Positions 1-10,544 are shown, numbered from the stretch's first letter. The stretch: DNA of 64,000 nt from Alphaproteobacteria bacterium (GCA_963555825.3 CAUVXB020000001.1:1440001-1504000); one strand, 5' to 3'. Notes: generated from the sequence alone by a model not told the origin. Made by a program: numbers and translations.

Positions 1-298
1 CGAGCGCCGGGGCTTCGCCCTGCATAGCGCCGATTTCAAGGGCGTGAGCACCCTGACGGTCGACGACAGGATGGCGATGAGCAGCCAGCTCGAGGTGGTC
101 GGCGCGATCGCCGCCGGCGAGGGGCCGCGCGATGCGCTGATCGTCTTCGGCTATGCCGGCTGGGGGCCCCGTCAGCTCGACGGCGAGATCGAGGACGGCG
201 GCTGGGTCATCGTGCCGTCGAACGACGAGTTGGTATTCGGCGCGGACAACGAGACCAAGTGGAAGCGCGCGCTCGCAAGCCACGTGGTCGATCTTTGA
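1..298 (+). CDS. YqgE/AlgH (DUF179) family protein, 5'-truncated by window edge
   Basis: Frame open from position 2: RGFALHS...FGYAGWGPRQLDGEIEDGGW...KWKRAL, typical YqgE motifs. Confidence 0.85.
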   Translation, partial: ERRGFALHSADFKGVSTLTVDDRMAMSSQLEVVGAIAAGEGPRDALIVFGYAGWGPRQLDGEIEDGGWVIVPSNDELVFGADNETKWKRALASHVVDL

Positions 299-433
299 CG
301 CGCTGCTGCGCGGCACAGCGGAATGGCGTATACTCGGCGTGTGCACAGGGGGTTCCAAGCAATTCGGCCCGGGCTGGGAGGGGTCGACGTGACGCTAATC
401 CTTGGTATCGGGCGTCCAAGCAAGGGAACGACC

Positions 434-874
434 ATGAAAGCCTTCCTCATCACCGTTGCGTTGGCCTTCTCCACGGCGAATTTCGCAGCCAACGACGCGC
501 AGGCCGGCGTGAGTTTTCAATTCGGCTATGGCGGCGGTTACTACGGCCACGGCTATCACAGCGAGTACGGCTATCGCCACTACGGCTATCCCTATTACGG
601 TTACCGGCGCTACGGATACCGGCCGTACGGATTTCGGCGCTATGGGTACCGGAGTTTCCTGTATCGGCACGGCTATCCGACTTACGAATACGACGAGCCA
701 GCCTATTCGCCGCCGCCCGCCACGGCCGCGCCGGTCCAGCAGGCGCCGGCGCCCAGCCAGCCCGAACCCTACTGCCGCGAATACACCAGGGAGATCGTCA
801 TCGACGGCGTGACGCAGACCGCCTACGGCACCGCCTGCATGCAGGCCGATGGCAGCTGGCGCCTGGTCAATTGA
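434..874 (+). CDS. Secreted Gly/Tyr-rich protein with 17-kDa surface antigen-like C-terminus
   Basis: Signal peptide MKAFLITVALAFS, YGY repeats, C-terminal YCREYT...YGTACMQADGSWRLV motif. Confidence 0.75.
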   Translation: MKAFLITVALAFSTANFAANDAQAGVSFQFGYGGGYYGHGYHSEYGYRHYGYPYYGYRRYGYRPYGFRRYGYRSFLYRHGYPTYEYDEPAYSPPPATAAPVQQAPAPSQPEPYCREYTREIVIDGVTQTAYGTACMQADGSWRLVN

Positions 875-894
875 TCGCCCCAGCCCGACGAGTT

Positions 895-1233
895 ATGGCG
901 TATGCGTGGCGAACAGCGGTGTTCGTGGCGTTCGCCTGCGCGGCTGATATCGCGCCGGCTAGCGCCGCATCTGAATGGATGCTCATGGGCCGTCACGGCG
1001 GCTGTGTCTCGCTGTCGGACGCCGCCCAGCGGAAGGAAATTTTCGGCGGCGTCTCGACGCCCGACCGGTTGATCGAAAAGTTCCGGCACGAAGACGCCGC
1101 AACCCGGGTCAACGACACCGACGTTGGCGGTGCGCGGGTCGTTGAAATCACCTCCGCCAAGCTCGGGCTTGCTGTCGTCGTCGTCCCCCGAAGCCTGTGT
1201 CAAAAACTCGATGGCGCCGGCTCGTCCAACTAG
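895..1233 (+). CDS. Small secreted hypothetical protein
   Basis: In-frame ATG inside ORF 259..1233, signal-peptide-like N-terminus, two Cys in mature part. Confidence 0.55.
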   Translation: MAYAWRTAVFVAFACAADIAPASAASEWMLMGRHGGCVSLSDAAQRKEIFGGVSTPDRLIEKFRHEDAATRVNDTDVGGARVVEITSAKLGLAVVVVPRSLCQKLDGAGSSN

Positions 1234-1850
1234 CCCCCGCGGCGACCCGACATTGGCTCTGGTCGGCGCTGTCTTCGCTCGCCGTGTTGGCCGCCCTGCA
1301 TGCGACGGCGCATGCCGAGGTCCGGCACATGAAGGTCAACCTCAAGTACGTCTACTACGATATTCAGGGCAGCACGGCGCGCGAGCTGTACGACCAGATG
1401 GACCGGCGCGGCCCGGCGATCGACAGCAATTCCGGCCTCCGGGCGATCGGCATGGCGATGGCCAAATACGACTGGGCCGCGAAGTGCATCTGCAAGGGCA
1501 GTCGGTGCCACCTGAAGGTCACTAAATTCGTGCTCAGAGAAACCATCGTCCTGCCGCGCTGGACGCCGCCGCGTGGCACCTCTCACCGTCTGGTGTCGAG
1601 CTGGGGCCAATTCGCGACGATGGTCAAGAAACACGAGCTGACCCATCGCGACATCGACGTGCGCGTCGGCAAGGACCTATTGCGTAAGCTCAAGTTGATG
1701 AAACCGAAGTCGTCCTGCAAGAAGATCCAGTCGGCCGCCACCAAGCTGGAAAAGAAGAAACTCGCCGAGCGGCTCGGCAGCGACCACGAGCGCTTCCACC
1801 GGGAGTTCTGTACCAACGCCGCGCGCAACCCCTACCGACTGGTCGACTGA
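1197..1850 (+). CDS. DUF922 family predicted secreted Zn-dependent protease
   Basis: YYDIQGST..L, LPRW, HELTH (HExxH) motifs; signal peptide. Confidence 0.75.
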   Translation: MSKTRWRRLVQLAPAATRHWLWSALSSLAVLAALHATAHAEVRHMKVNLKYVYYDIQGSTARELYDQMDRRGPAIDSNSGLRAIGMAMAKYDWAAKCICKGSRCHLKVTKFVLRETIVLPRWTPPRGTSHRLVSSWGQFATMVKKHELTHRDIDVRVGKDLLRKLKLMKPKSSCKKIQSAATKLEKKKLAERLGSDHERFHREFCTNAARNPYRLVD

Positions 1851-2847
1851 GCGCGAACATCATCGCCGGACGGCGCGCGGAAATTCAAGGAACGCGCGGT
1901 TCCGGCCCGCTTCGCCAGTCGTTCGCGTCGAGGCTGCCTTGCATCTTTGGCGGTTGCCAAACGACGGCCGGGCCGGCAGGCTCATCCTGGCTTGCAGTGT
2001 CGGAAGAGGATTGTCGGATCATGTCGGATGGCAACGGCGCGACGATCGAGCAATTGGTGGCCCGACAACGGCCGGGCTTCACGCTGGAGCAGCCTTTCTA
2101 TATCGACCGCGAGGTCTTCGATTTCGACCTCGAGCGCATCGTCATGCGACAGTGGCTGTTCGTCGACCACGTCTCGCGCATTCCCGATGCGGGCGATTAC
2201 ATCCTGTACAAGATCGCCAGCGAGGAAATCATCCTGGTGCGTGACGCGGCGGGCACGATACACGCCCACTTCAACGTCTGCCGCCACCGCGGCTCGCGCA
2301 TCTGTCTCGAAGCCGCCGGCAACATCAAAAACCTGACCTGCCCGTATCACGCCTGGACGTATGCGCTCGACGGCAGGCTCACTGCGGCGCGGCGCATGCC
2401 GGACGGTTTCGACGCGGACGACTATCCGCTGCACCGCTGCCACCTGCGCATCTATCAAGGACTGATGTTCATAAATCTCTCCGAGGGCGCGCCGACCGAC
2501 TTCGACGTCATCGCCCGCAACCTCGACCCGTTCGTGGTCCCCCACGGCATCCCGCGCACCAAGATCGTCCATGTCGAGCGCTACCCGACCGACGGCAACT
2601 GGAAGCTCGTGGTCGAGAACTTCCGCGAATGCTACCACTGCCAGCCGGCGCATCCTGAATACACCCGGGTCAACGCTTATGTGCGCGCCAACGATGCCGA
2701 TCCCGACGGCTATGCCGAAACGATCGATTTGTGGGACGAAAAAACCGCGGCGATGGGCCACATGGTGGGCAGCGTCCACGACAACACCGATCTGCCCGAG
2801 CAGCCGCACGGCGCGTTCCGCCAGCCGATCCGCGAGGGCTATCTAAC

Positions 2848-4501
2848 GGGTGCGAGTCTCGCATGGCAGTGATGTCTGCGGCTTGGTTCGTTGAGTTCAG
2901 GCAGCGATTGCCATGGCTGCTGCACGTGGACTGATGTTGTCGTTGGCCGGTGTGTCGGTTGCGCTGATCAGGGCCTTCCATGCCCGCTCGAAGCGGCCGG
3001 ATTTGATCAGGGCGCGGAAGGTCAGAACAGCCTGTCCGCCGACGATCCGCCAGCGCATGCCGGAGCGCTTCATGCGCTGTGTCACCAGGGTCTTGTTGGC
3101 AGCTTCGACCACGCCTGAGCCGATGGCGATGCCCTCTTCCTTCAGGGCGTGGTAGCGCATGCGATGGCGATGCTTGCGGAAGAAGGCGAGTTCCCGCTCG
3201 GTCTCGGCCCGGTCCGGCGCAGCGGCGGCATCGCGAAGGTGGCGCAGCGCCCGGATCACCTTGGCGACGCCACGGGGATCGTGACGGAGGATCTCGCGGT
3301 ACTTCTCGAACCAGCCGGGCGCCACGGCATGGTCGGACGCGGTTTGCAGATGTTCGCAAGCATGCCAGAAGTCGATCACCTCGGTTTCGGGCGACAGGGT
3401 CTCCAGGAAGGTCCAGTTGTCGGCGGCGCCATCGGCGATAGCGACGATCCCGATCTCGGGGCGTGCTCGCCTGATGTGTGCGACTTCGCTTGCAAGCTGC
3501 GCCTTCAGCGTGAGCTTGCCGCTCTCCGGCATGCGGCCGAGATAGAGGGTCTTCAGGCGCTTGCCCTCGGCGTCGTGGAAGGAGACCGTGCCGCAGGCAG
3601 CCTCGCGCCAGGAGGCCTTGGCGCGACCGTCCTCGCCGGGTCTCAGCGGCACCATGACGCCGTCGAGGGAGACCGAGGCGGTGGTCGCGTCCTGCGGTAT
3701 GCCCTCGGCCTCACGGATGCTGCCCAGCGTCTCCGGGCCGAGGCTCTCCCAGCATTCGTGCATGCTCAGGGTCAGGCGCTGCAGGGTGCTCACCGACGGC
3801 GTCATGGCGCCGGTCTTCGCAAAGAACGCCGCCGCTTCCCGGGCCGTGCAGTGACCCATCATCAGCAGACCGAGCTCGGCCGCCGGCCGCGTCAGGTAAT
3901 CGTCGACGAGGCCCAGGCTCTCGTCGACCGGCACCGGCGATGCCCCGCTCGCGCCGCTGCGGTAACGCGCTCGCCGGTAGGTCACCGGACCGAGCGAGGT
4001 CATGATCGTCTTCGGCGTCACCGCGACCCGGAACCAGCTCTGCCCGTCCCGCTCGATCCGGGAAGCGCCATCGTCCCGGTTCTCGATGACGGCGCCCATG
4101 ACATCGCGAGCGAACTCGTTCGTGGCCTCACGCACCCGCAACTCGACCTCCTCGGGCGCCTCGGGGCGCGGCTCGGAACGAAGCTCCTCGCGACACAGTG
4201 CGAGCACCCGGGCGGCCGCCTCGACGACCCGAGGAGGCAGGCCGGAAAGATCGATGGACGAAGGCGCCGGAGGCGGGGATACTGCCATGGGAATGCTCCC
4301 GATGTTGGGTTTCGAGACACGGCATCGTACCGCTTCTGGCGGTGCGGAGCGTTCCCACCTTCCCCTGCTCGACCCTGCCGTCGTAACAAAATCCTGCCTT
4401 GGAGCGGCCCATTGTCACGAATAGCCGATTTCGGCCGTTCGTCTCGACACAAAAAACGCACTAAATCAATGACTTAGATTTTCCATACCAGACCCACACC
4501 C
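2848..4501 (-). mobile_element. ISKra4/ISLre2-type (Mutator-like DDE) insertion sequence
   Basis: Terminal IRs GGGTGCGAGTCT / AGACCCACACCC; 8-bp TSD TATCTAAC at 2840-2847 and 4502-4509. Confidence 0.88.
2897..4288 (-). CDS. Transposase, ISKra4/ISLre2 (UPF0236) type
   Basis: SLDGVMV, IADGA, IDFWHACEHL, IGSGVVEAANK...RMKRSGMRW motifs. Confidence 0.88.
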   Translation of the reverse strand: MAVSPPPAPSSIDLSGLPPRVVEAAARVLALCREELRSEPRPEAPEEVELRVREATNEFARDVMGAVIENRDDGASRIERDGQSWFRVAVTPKTIMTSLGPVTYRRARYRSGASGASPVPVDESLGLVDDYLTRPAAELGLLMMGHCTAREAAAFFAKTGAMTPSVSTLQRLTLSMHECWESLGPETLGSIREAEGIPQDATTASVSLDGVMVPLRPGEDGRAKASWREAACGTVSFHDAEGKRLKTLYLGRMPESGKLTLKAQLASEVAHIRRARPEIGIVAIADGAADNWTFLETLSPETEVIDFWHACEHLQTASDHAVAPGWFEKYREILRHDPRGVAKVIRALRHLRDAAAAPDRAETERELAFFRKHRHRMRYHALKEEGIAIGSGVVEAANKTLVTQRMKRSGMRWRIVGGQAVLTFRALIKSGRFERAWKALISATDTPANDNISPRAAAMAIAA

Positions 4502-5096
4502 TATCTAACGCTCTCGAAGGGTGGCAAGCAGGTCGGTCCGCTGATCGGCGACTTCGAGCGGTTCGACGGCGGTGAGATGATGGCCTTCTTCGGCCCGCTA
4601 TTTTATGTCTACGCTGCTAACGACCACGTCTGCCTGTTCCGTTTCACGCCGATGACGCCGACCCATACCGACGTGGTCCTAACCTGGCTCGTCCACGAGG
4701 ACGCGGTCGAGGGCGACGACTACGCGGTCGATCCACTGAAGTGGATGTGGGACGTCACCACAGTGCAGGACACGCGCATCATCGGCAACAACCAGGCTGG
4801 CGTGAACTCGCGCCGCTATTCGCCGGGTCGGTATGCCAAGCGCGAACGCTTCACCGCGGCCTTCACGCGGTGGTACCTCGAACAGCTCGGCGGCGCGGCG
4901 GCCTCGGAGGACACACACGTCGAAGCCCAGTGTAACGACTGACAACGCGGTTCAGTGGCCGTGCATCGGGTGGGTTTGCACGTGTATTGCGCCGCTGATA
5001 CCATATCGGCACGAAAATAAGCCGTCGGAGCGGCGGGCGTCGCCTGACGCCGATGCATCTGACGAACAATTGCACAGACATGGAGGGACAAAGGCT

Positions 5097-6218
5097 ATGC
5101 ACGTCCAGAGGAAACTTAACGTCGAGAAACTGCTCAAGAAAATCCGGCAGGGCAAAATCAGCCGGCGCGAGTTCGTCGCGACCGCCGCGGCGGCGGGCGT
5201 CGCGATAGTGGCTACGCCGGTCGGCACCGCCCCCGCCAGAGCCGCCGGATCGCTCAATTACTTCACCTGGAGCGGCTACGAGGTGCCCGAGTTGCACCAG
5301 CCGTACATCGACAAGCACGGCGGTTCGCCTGATTATTCGATCTTCGCGTCGGCCGAGGACGGCCTGGTGAAGATCAGGGGCGGCTACGATCCGGATCTCG
5401 CGCATCCTTGCATCGACAATGTACGGAAGTGGTTCGATTCGGGCATCCTGGCGCCGATCGACACGTCGCGCCTGTCACACTGGGACGACGTGTTTCCGTC
5501 GTTGAAATCCATGGAAGGGTCGACCATCGACGGTGAAACCTACATGGCGATCACCGATTTCGGGCTCTCCTCGATCATCTATCGGACCGATATCTACGAG
5601 GGCGAAGAGACCTGGAAAATGCTGTTCGATGAAAATTATGCCGGCCGCATCTGCGCGCGCGGCACCTATGTCAACCTTTCGATCGCGCTGAAGATACTGG
5701 GCGAGGACATATTCTCGCCGTCCGACGCGGCGCTCGAGAAGGCGGGCGAGATGACGCGCATGCAACGCCCGTTGACGCGCTTCTATTGGGAAAGCCAGAC
5801 CGACATGGAGCAGGCCATCGCGTCCGGCGAATGCGTCATGGCCTATGCCTGGAACGAGGCGCTGGTGAACCTGCGCGAACAGGGCATTCCGGTCGCCTTC
5901 GCCAGTCCGAAGGAGGGCGCGTTCGGCTGGGCCTGCGGGATCGTGCGGATCAACTCGGGCACCGGTGACGAGCAACTGGGATACGACTTCATCGACGCCT
6001 GGATGTCGCCCGAGGCCGGCAAGTTCCTGATCGAGTCCTACGGTTACGGCCACGGCAACCAGAAGTCGTTCGAGCTGGTCGCGCCGGAGACGCTCGAAGC
6101 CTTGGGCTACACCGACCCGGTCGCGCTCATGGCCGGTACCACGTTCTTCATCACCCCCGACCCCGAGGCCGACCAGAAGATGCTGCGACTCTGGGAAGAG
6201 GTCATCGCCGGCATGTAA
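5097..6218 (+). CDS. PotD/PotF-like ABC transporter substrate-binding protein (Tat signal)
   Basis: ISRREFV Tat motif, YFTWSGYE, PKEGAFGW motifs; RBS GGAGGG upstream. Confidence 0.85.
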   Translation: MHVQRKLNVEKLLKKIRQGKISRREFVATAAAAGVAIVATPVGTAPARAAGSLNYFTWSGYEVPELHQPYIDKHGGSPDYSIFASAEDGLVKIRGGYDPDLAHPCIDNVRKWFDSGILAPIDTSRLSHWDDVFPSLKSMEGSTIDGETYMAITDFGLSSIIYRTDIYEGEETWKMLFDENYAGRICARGTYVNLSIALKILGEDIFSPSDAALEKAGEMTRMQRPLTRFYWESQTDMEQAIASGECVMAYAWNEALVNLREQGIPVAFASPKEGAFGWACGIVRINSGTGDEQLGYDFIDAWMSPEAGKFLIESYGYGHGNQKSFELVAPETLEALGYTDPVALMAGTTFFITPDPEADQKMLRLWEEVIAGM

Positions 6219-7379
6219 TACCAACGGCACTAATTATTGACCTGAAATCGCCCAATCTCTCATTCCGATGGACATGATCGTCTCGGGCTGGTCGATTAGT
6301 TTGTTCCAGGCTTGGCAACCGGCCTCGATGATGGCGTCGTAATCTTCGAAGACGCGGTTAGAGAGCCAATTCTGGCGGAGGTATTGCCAGATGTTCTCGA
6401 CCGGGTTCAGCTCGGGCGAGCGCGATGGCAGCAGGATGATGGTGAGGTTCTTGGGGACCTTGAGCTGGTCGGTGCTGTGCCACCCGGCGCGGTCCATCAG
6501 GACGACGCCATGGGCCTTGGCGGCGACGTTGCAGCTGATCTCGTCGAGATGCATCTGCATGGCGGCTGTGTTGGCGAAGGGGAGCATGAGAGCGGCACCC
6601 TTGGCTCCCATGGGACAGATTGCGCCAAAGAGGTAGGCGTTCGTGTAGCGCTGATCGGCGGGCAGGCGTGGCCTTGTTCCCTTCTTCGCCCAAATGCGCA
6701 CACGCCCGTTCTTCTGTCCCAGCCTGGCCTCGTCTTGGAACCAGATCTCGACCCGCTTGGTCTTGGGCAGACCGGCTAGGTGGGCAGCGAGCGTGCGGGG
6801 GAAGTTTTTTTGAACGCCTCGATCACCCGCTGGTCCTGCTTGGGGTGCTGCGGCCGGGCGCTGATGTGGGAGAAGGACAGCGCGACGAGAAGGTCGGAGA
6901 TCGCCCGCTCGCTATAGATCACGCCAAAGCGTTCTTCGATCACCCGTTTCAGGTCAACCCGCCGCCAGCGAACCACACCGTCAATCTCTGGATCGGGGCC
7001 CGTTTCGACGATCACCGACAGTTCGCCCATCTGCTCGTCGGTCAAGAGCCGGGGGCGGCCCGCACCGGGACGGTTCTTCAAGCCGTCTGCCCCTTCATCG
7101 TTGAAGCGGTGCGCCCAGTCTCTCAGCGTCTGGCGATCCATGCCGCCGACCTTAGCGGCTTCCGCTCGGCTCATGCCGTCGTAAACCGCCGCCAAGGCCA
7201 AAAGCCGGCGAACTTGGCGGGGATCGCGACTGTGCTTGGCCAAACACCGGAGCTCAATGCTGTCGTAGTCGTCCCGAAGAGCAATGCATACTGACATGGC
7301 GAATCTCCTTCGCCAGCCTTGAATCACATCCAGCCCAAAAAGGGAATCCCTTGCGAGTCAGAATTTTGCGCCGTTGGTA
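6219..7379 (-). mobile_element. IS630 family element (type A), inserted at the TAA stop of the upstream gene
   Basis: IRs TACCAACGGC / GCCGTTGGTA, TAA on both sides (6216-6218, 7380-7382). Confidence 0.9.
6234..7297 (-). CDS. IS630 transposase, two ORFs joined by a -1 frameshift
   Basis: HTH orfA (GGMDRQTLRDW) and DDE orfB (WFQDEAR, MDRAGWH, SPELNPVE); A7 run near 6805-6812. Confidence 0.85.
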
Positions 7380-7410
7380 TAAGCCGACCCGATAAAAGCA
7401 AACCACGGTT

Positions 7411-7446
7411 GGGGCGCGGCGCCGATACGGGGCCGCGCCCCTCTTT
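7411..7446 (+). terminator. Probable intrinsic terminator of the binding-protein gene, displaced by the IS
   Basis: GGGGCGCGGC...GCCGCGCCCC stem followed by TCTTT. Confidence 0.5.
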
Positions 7447-7476
7447 GTCAACCGCGAAACTCGAGATAGGACGATC

Positions 7477-8889
7477 ATGACCGATCCGGCGCTCGCATAC
7501 ACGCCCGCCACCGAACTCGCCCGGCGCATCCGCGCCAGGGAGATTTCGCCGGTCGAGCTGATCGACCACGCGCTGGCCCGCATCGACGAGGTCGAGCCGA
7601 CGATCAACGCCTTTTGCCTGACCTGTCCCGACGAGGCGCGCGAGAAGGCGGTGGCCGCCGAGCAAGCGGTGATGGCAGGCGACGATATTGGGCCGTTGCA
7701 CGGCGTGCCGATCGCCTTCAAGGACCTGACGGCGACCAAGGGCATGCGGACGACCATGGGCGGCTCCTACATGTTCGAGAACCACGTGCCCGACGAGGAT
7801 GCCGCCGTGGTCAGCCGCCTCGAGGGCGCCGGCATGATCGCGCTTGGCAAGACGACATCGCCCGAGTTCGGTTATTCGGGTTTTACCCAAAGCAAGATGT
7901 GGGGCGTGACGCGCAACCCGTGGAACCTAGACCACACGCCGGGCGGCTCGTCGGGCGGCGCCGCGGCCGCGGTAGCGAGCGGCTGCCTGCCTTTCGCCGA
8001 AGGCTCCGACGGCGGCGGTTCCGTGCGCATCCCGGCGAGCTTCTGCAATCTCGTCGGCCTCAAACCGAGCATCGGGCGCGTCCCCTACACCGGCGCGGTC
8101 AACCCGTTCGACACCTTCAGCCACCACGGGCCGCTCTCGCACACCGTCGACGACGCGGCGATGTTCCTGAAGCTCACACAAGGCGCCGACGAGCGTGACG
8201 TGAAGTCGATCCCGACGCTGATCGACGTGCCGGTCCCGCTCCCCGCCGACGTGCGCGGCATGCGTCTCGCACTCAGTCTCGATTTCGGCTGTTATGCGAT
8301 CGACACGGAGATCGAGGCGAACACCCGCGCGGCGGCCCAGGCGCTGGCCGACGCCGGCGCCGAAGTCGAGGAGATCGACCTCGGCTGGCCCACCGAGAAC
8401 CTCGCCGCCTTCTATACCTTTTGGGACGTCCGCTACGCCTATCGCTTCGCCGATCAGATCGAGGAATGGGGCGACAGGATGGATCCGCTGATCGTCAAGG
8501 CGGTCGAGCGGGCGCGCGACTTCGGCGTCGCCGAGCTTCTCGACTTCGAGCGCGTGCGCACCGTGATGTGGCGGAAGCTCGCGCCGGTGCTTCAAGACTA
8601 CGACGCCATGCTGTGCCCGACCGCGTCGGACCCGGTGCCGCGGGTCGACCAGAGCGATCCCGATTACGACCGCATCGACGCGAACGGCCGGCTCCACGGC
8701 TACATGACCTGCCAGTTCAACATGATCTCGCAATGTCCGGTTCTGACCGTGCCGACGGGATTCTCGGCGGGCAATCTGCCGACCGGCATGCAGATCGTTG
8801 GCCGGCGGTTCGATGACCTGGGTGTTCTCAGGATCGGTGCGGCGCTCGAATTAGCTCGGCCATGGGCTGGCCGTCATCCCGCCATCTGA
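7477..8889 (+). CDS. Amidase signature family protein
   Basis: GVPIAFKDL, GGSSGGAAAAVA, GSDGGGSVRIPASFC motifs. Confidence 0.92.
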   Translation: MTDPALAYTPATELARRIRAREISPVELIDHALARIDEVEPTINAFCLTCPDEAREKAVAAEQAVMAGDDIGPLHGVPIAFKDLTATKGMRTTMGGSYMFENHVPDEDAAVVSRLEGAGMIALGKTTSPEFGYSGFTQSKMWGVTRNPWNLDHTPGGSSGGAAAAVASGCLPFAEGSDGGGSVRIPASFCNLVGLKPSIGRVPYTGAVNPFDTFSHHGPLSHTVDDAAMFLKLTQGADERDVKSIPTLIDVPVPLPADVRGMRLALSLDFGCYAIDTEIEANTRAAAQALADAGAEVEEIDLGWPTENLAAFYTFWDVRYAYRFADQIEEWGDRMDPLIVKAVERARDFGVAELLDFERVRTVMWRKLAPVLQDYDAMLCPTASDPVPRVDQSDPDYDRIDANGRLHGYMTCQFNMISQCPVLTVPTGFSAGNLPTGMQIVGRRFDDLGVLRIGAALELARPWAGRHPAI

Positions 8890-8914
8890 GACGGCGGTTG
8901 GTATTCGCTGAAAA

Positions 8915-9784
8915 TCAGGCCGCGTAGGGAATTCGATCGGGCAGCGTCAGGATCTCGTCGACATCGAGACCCTCGATCGGAAAACTGATCGCGTTGATCG
9001 TAACGTGTGGATAGAGCGTCTCGTCGTCGACGACGATCGAGACGTTCTCGGCGTTGGCGATGATTCGCTCGGCGACAGGAGAGCATTTGTCCCAATAGGT
9101 GTCATGCAGCATGACGCAGAACTCGTCGTCGGCATTGCGCGCGACGAGGTCGCAGTCACGCGCCGACCGCTTCAACACCGCGGCCATCTCCGTCATCATT
9201 CTCCGCGTCGTGTCATAGCCGTGCTCGGCGAATGCCCGGTCGTAGCCGTCGATGTGCACGAACATCAGCGCACCCTGGCGCTTGGTGCGAATATAATCGG
9301 CCAGCATCATGCGGAAAAATTCTCGGAAGCTCGCAAAGTTGACGACGTTGGTCATCTCGTCCATGCCCGGCCCTTCGCGCAGCTCGTCCTCGAGATTGAG
9401 CAGGCGTTTGGCGTTCTTGACCCTGAGCCGAAGCTCGAGCGGGTTAAGCGGCAAGGTCAGGTAGTCGTCTGCGCCTGCCTGCAGGGCAGCCATCAGGCCG
9501 AGCCGCTCGGCACCTGCCGGCATCACCAACTTGTCGTGATTTTCATAGATCACGACATAGGTGTAGCGGGCGCGCTTGAGTTGCCGGATCTTGCGGCAAA
9601 GCTCTGGTCCGGGAAGGCCCGGTACGTTCGAACCGCATAGGACGAAGCGGAACGGTTGCTGGCGGATCAACTCGTACGCTTCCGTACCGGTCAGCGCTAC
9701 GCTCGGACGATGCCCCCAACTCTCGAGCTTCCTCGTCGCCAAGCGGGCAAATACCGGATCATCGGCAACGATGAGAACTTTCAT
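8915..9784 (-). CDS. Pseudo-receiver plus degenerate GGDEF domain protein
   Basis: N-terminal REC fold without phospho-Asp; RDCD-LVARN-ADDEF in place of RxxD..GGDEF. Confidence 0.8.
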   Translation of the reverse strand: MKVLIVADDPVFARLATRKLESWGHRPSVALTGTEAYELIRQQPFRFVLCGSNVPGLPGPELCRKIRQLKRARYTYVVIYENHDKLVMPAGAERLGLMAALQAGADDYLTLPLNPLELRLRVKNAKRLLNLEDELREGPGMDEMTNVVNFASFREFFRMMLADYIRTKRQGALMFVHIDGYDRAFAEHGYDTTRRMMTEMAAVLKRSARDCDLVARNADDEFCVMLHDTYWDKCSPVAERIIANAENVSIVVDDETLYPHVTINAISFPIEGLDVDEILTLPDRIPYAA

Positions 9785-9941
9785 TCATCACTCCGCTACG
9801 ACCGCACACGCCCACCACGTTCTCGGTTGACGCGCGGTCGATGTATGAAACTCTTTAACACCAGACGACATGCAATTGTAAACGCGTATAAAAAAAGTTA
9901 ACTAGGGAAATTCCCGGACAGCAGTGCCCAAACGAAAATGT

Positions 9942-10544
9942 TCATTTTCCGGGACGCGTGGCGCGGATCAAGTCGGCCAGCGATCGCGCCTCCAGCTTTT
10001 GAATGATATTGGCACGGTGAAATTCGACGGTTTTCTCGCTGATGCCAAGTTCATCGGCGATGATCTTGTTGGTTTCGCCGTTGACGACGATGTTAAGCAC
10101 CTCGTGTTCGCGCGGCGTCAGGGTGGCGAGGCGCGCCTCGATCACGGCCCTATCGGTCTTGGCACTCTCCGCATGGAGGTGTTCGTCGACCGCGGCCTTG
10201 ATGCGACCGATCAATGTCTGATTGTCGAACGGCTTTTCGATGAAGTCGAAGGCGCCGGCCTTGATAGCGCGAACCGCCATCGGCACGTCACCGTGGCCCG
10301 TGACCATGATTACCGGCAGATCGATCGACCGGTCGACGAGTCGTTCCTGAAGCTCCAGGCCGTTCACGCCCGGCATGCGCACATCGAGCAGCAGGCACCC
10401 CGGCTGTCCCTCCACGTAACCATCGAGGAAGGCGCGCGCCGAGTCGTAGGCCTCGGTTCGATAGCCGATCGATTCGCTCAGCCAACAGAGCATTTCGCGA
10501 ATCGCGGCGTCGTCATCGACGACGAAGACGGTTGCTTCAGAAAT
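9942..10544 (-). CDS. FixJ/LuxR-family response regulator (probable ATT start)
   Basis: VFVVDDD...LLDVRMP...FIEKPF REC and LTPREHEVL...ISEKTVEFHRANI HTH; SD AGGGAGGG 8 nt before ATT. Confidence 0.88.
   Translation of the reverse strand: MSEATVFVVDDDAAIREMLCWLSESIGYRTEAYDSARAFLDGYVEGQPGCLLLDVRMPGVNGLELQERLVDRSIDLPVIMVTGHGDVPMAVRAIKAGAFDFIEKPFDNQTLIGRIKAAVDEHLHAESAKTDRAVIEARLATLTPREHEVLNIVVNGETNKIIADELGISEKTVEFHRANIIQKLEARSLADLIRATRPGK

Larger units (their letters stand above)
2021..4942 (+). pseudogene. Rieske ring-hydroxylating/N-demethylase oxygenase alpha subunit (GbcA/Stc2-like) split by an IS
   Basis: CRHRG...CPYHAW Rieske motif, NWKLVVENFRECYHCQPAHPE iron motif; removing 2848..4501 plus one TATCTAAC joins REGYL-TLSKGGKQVGPL in frame to ORF 4577..4942. 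Confidence 0.9.

Noticed and set aside
4833-5096. N-terminal extension of the binding protein; likewise the extended starts at 20833, 41617, 51605 and 52597
   Set aside because: Better starts with RBS and family-typical N-termini lie downstream
9895-9920. Response-regulator binding site TAGGGAAATTCCC, loosely similar to CAGGGGTTTTCC near 23428
   Set aside because: Too short and degenerate to support without a genome-wide motif test
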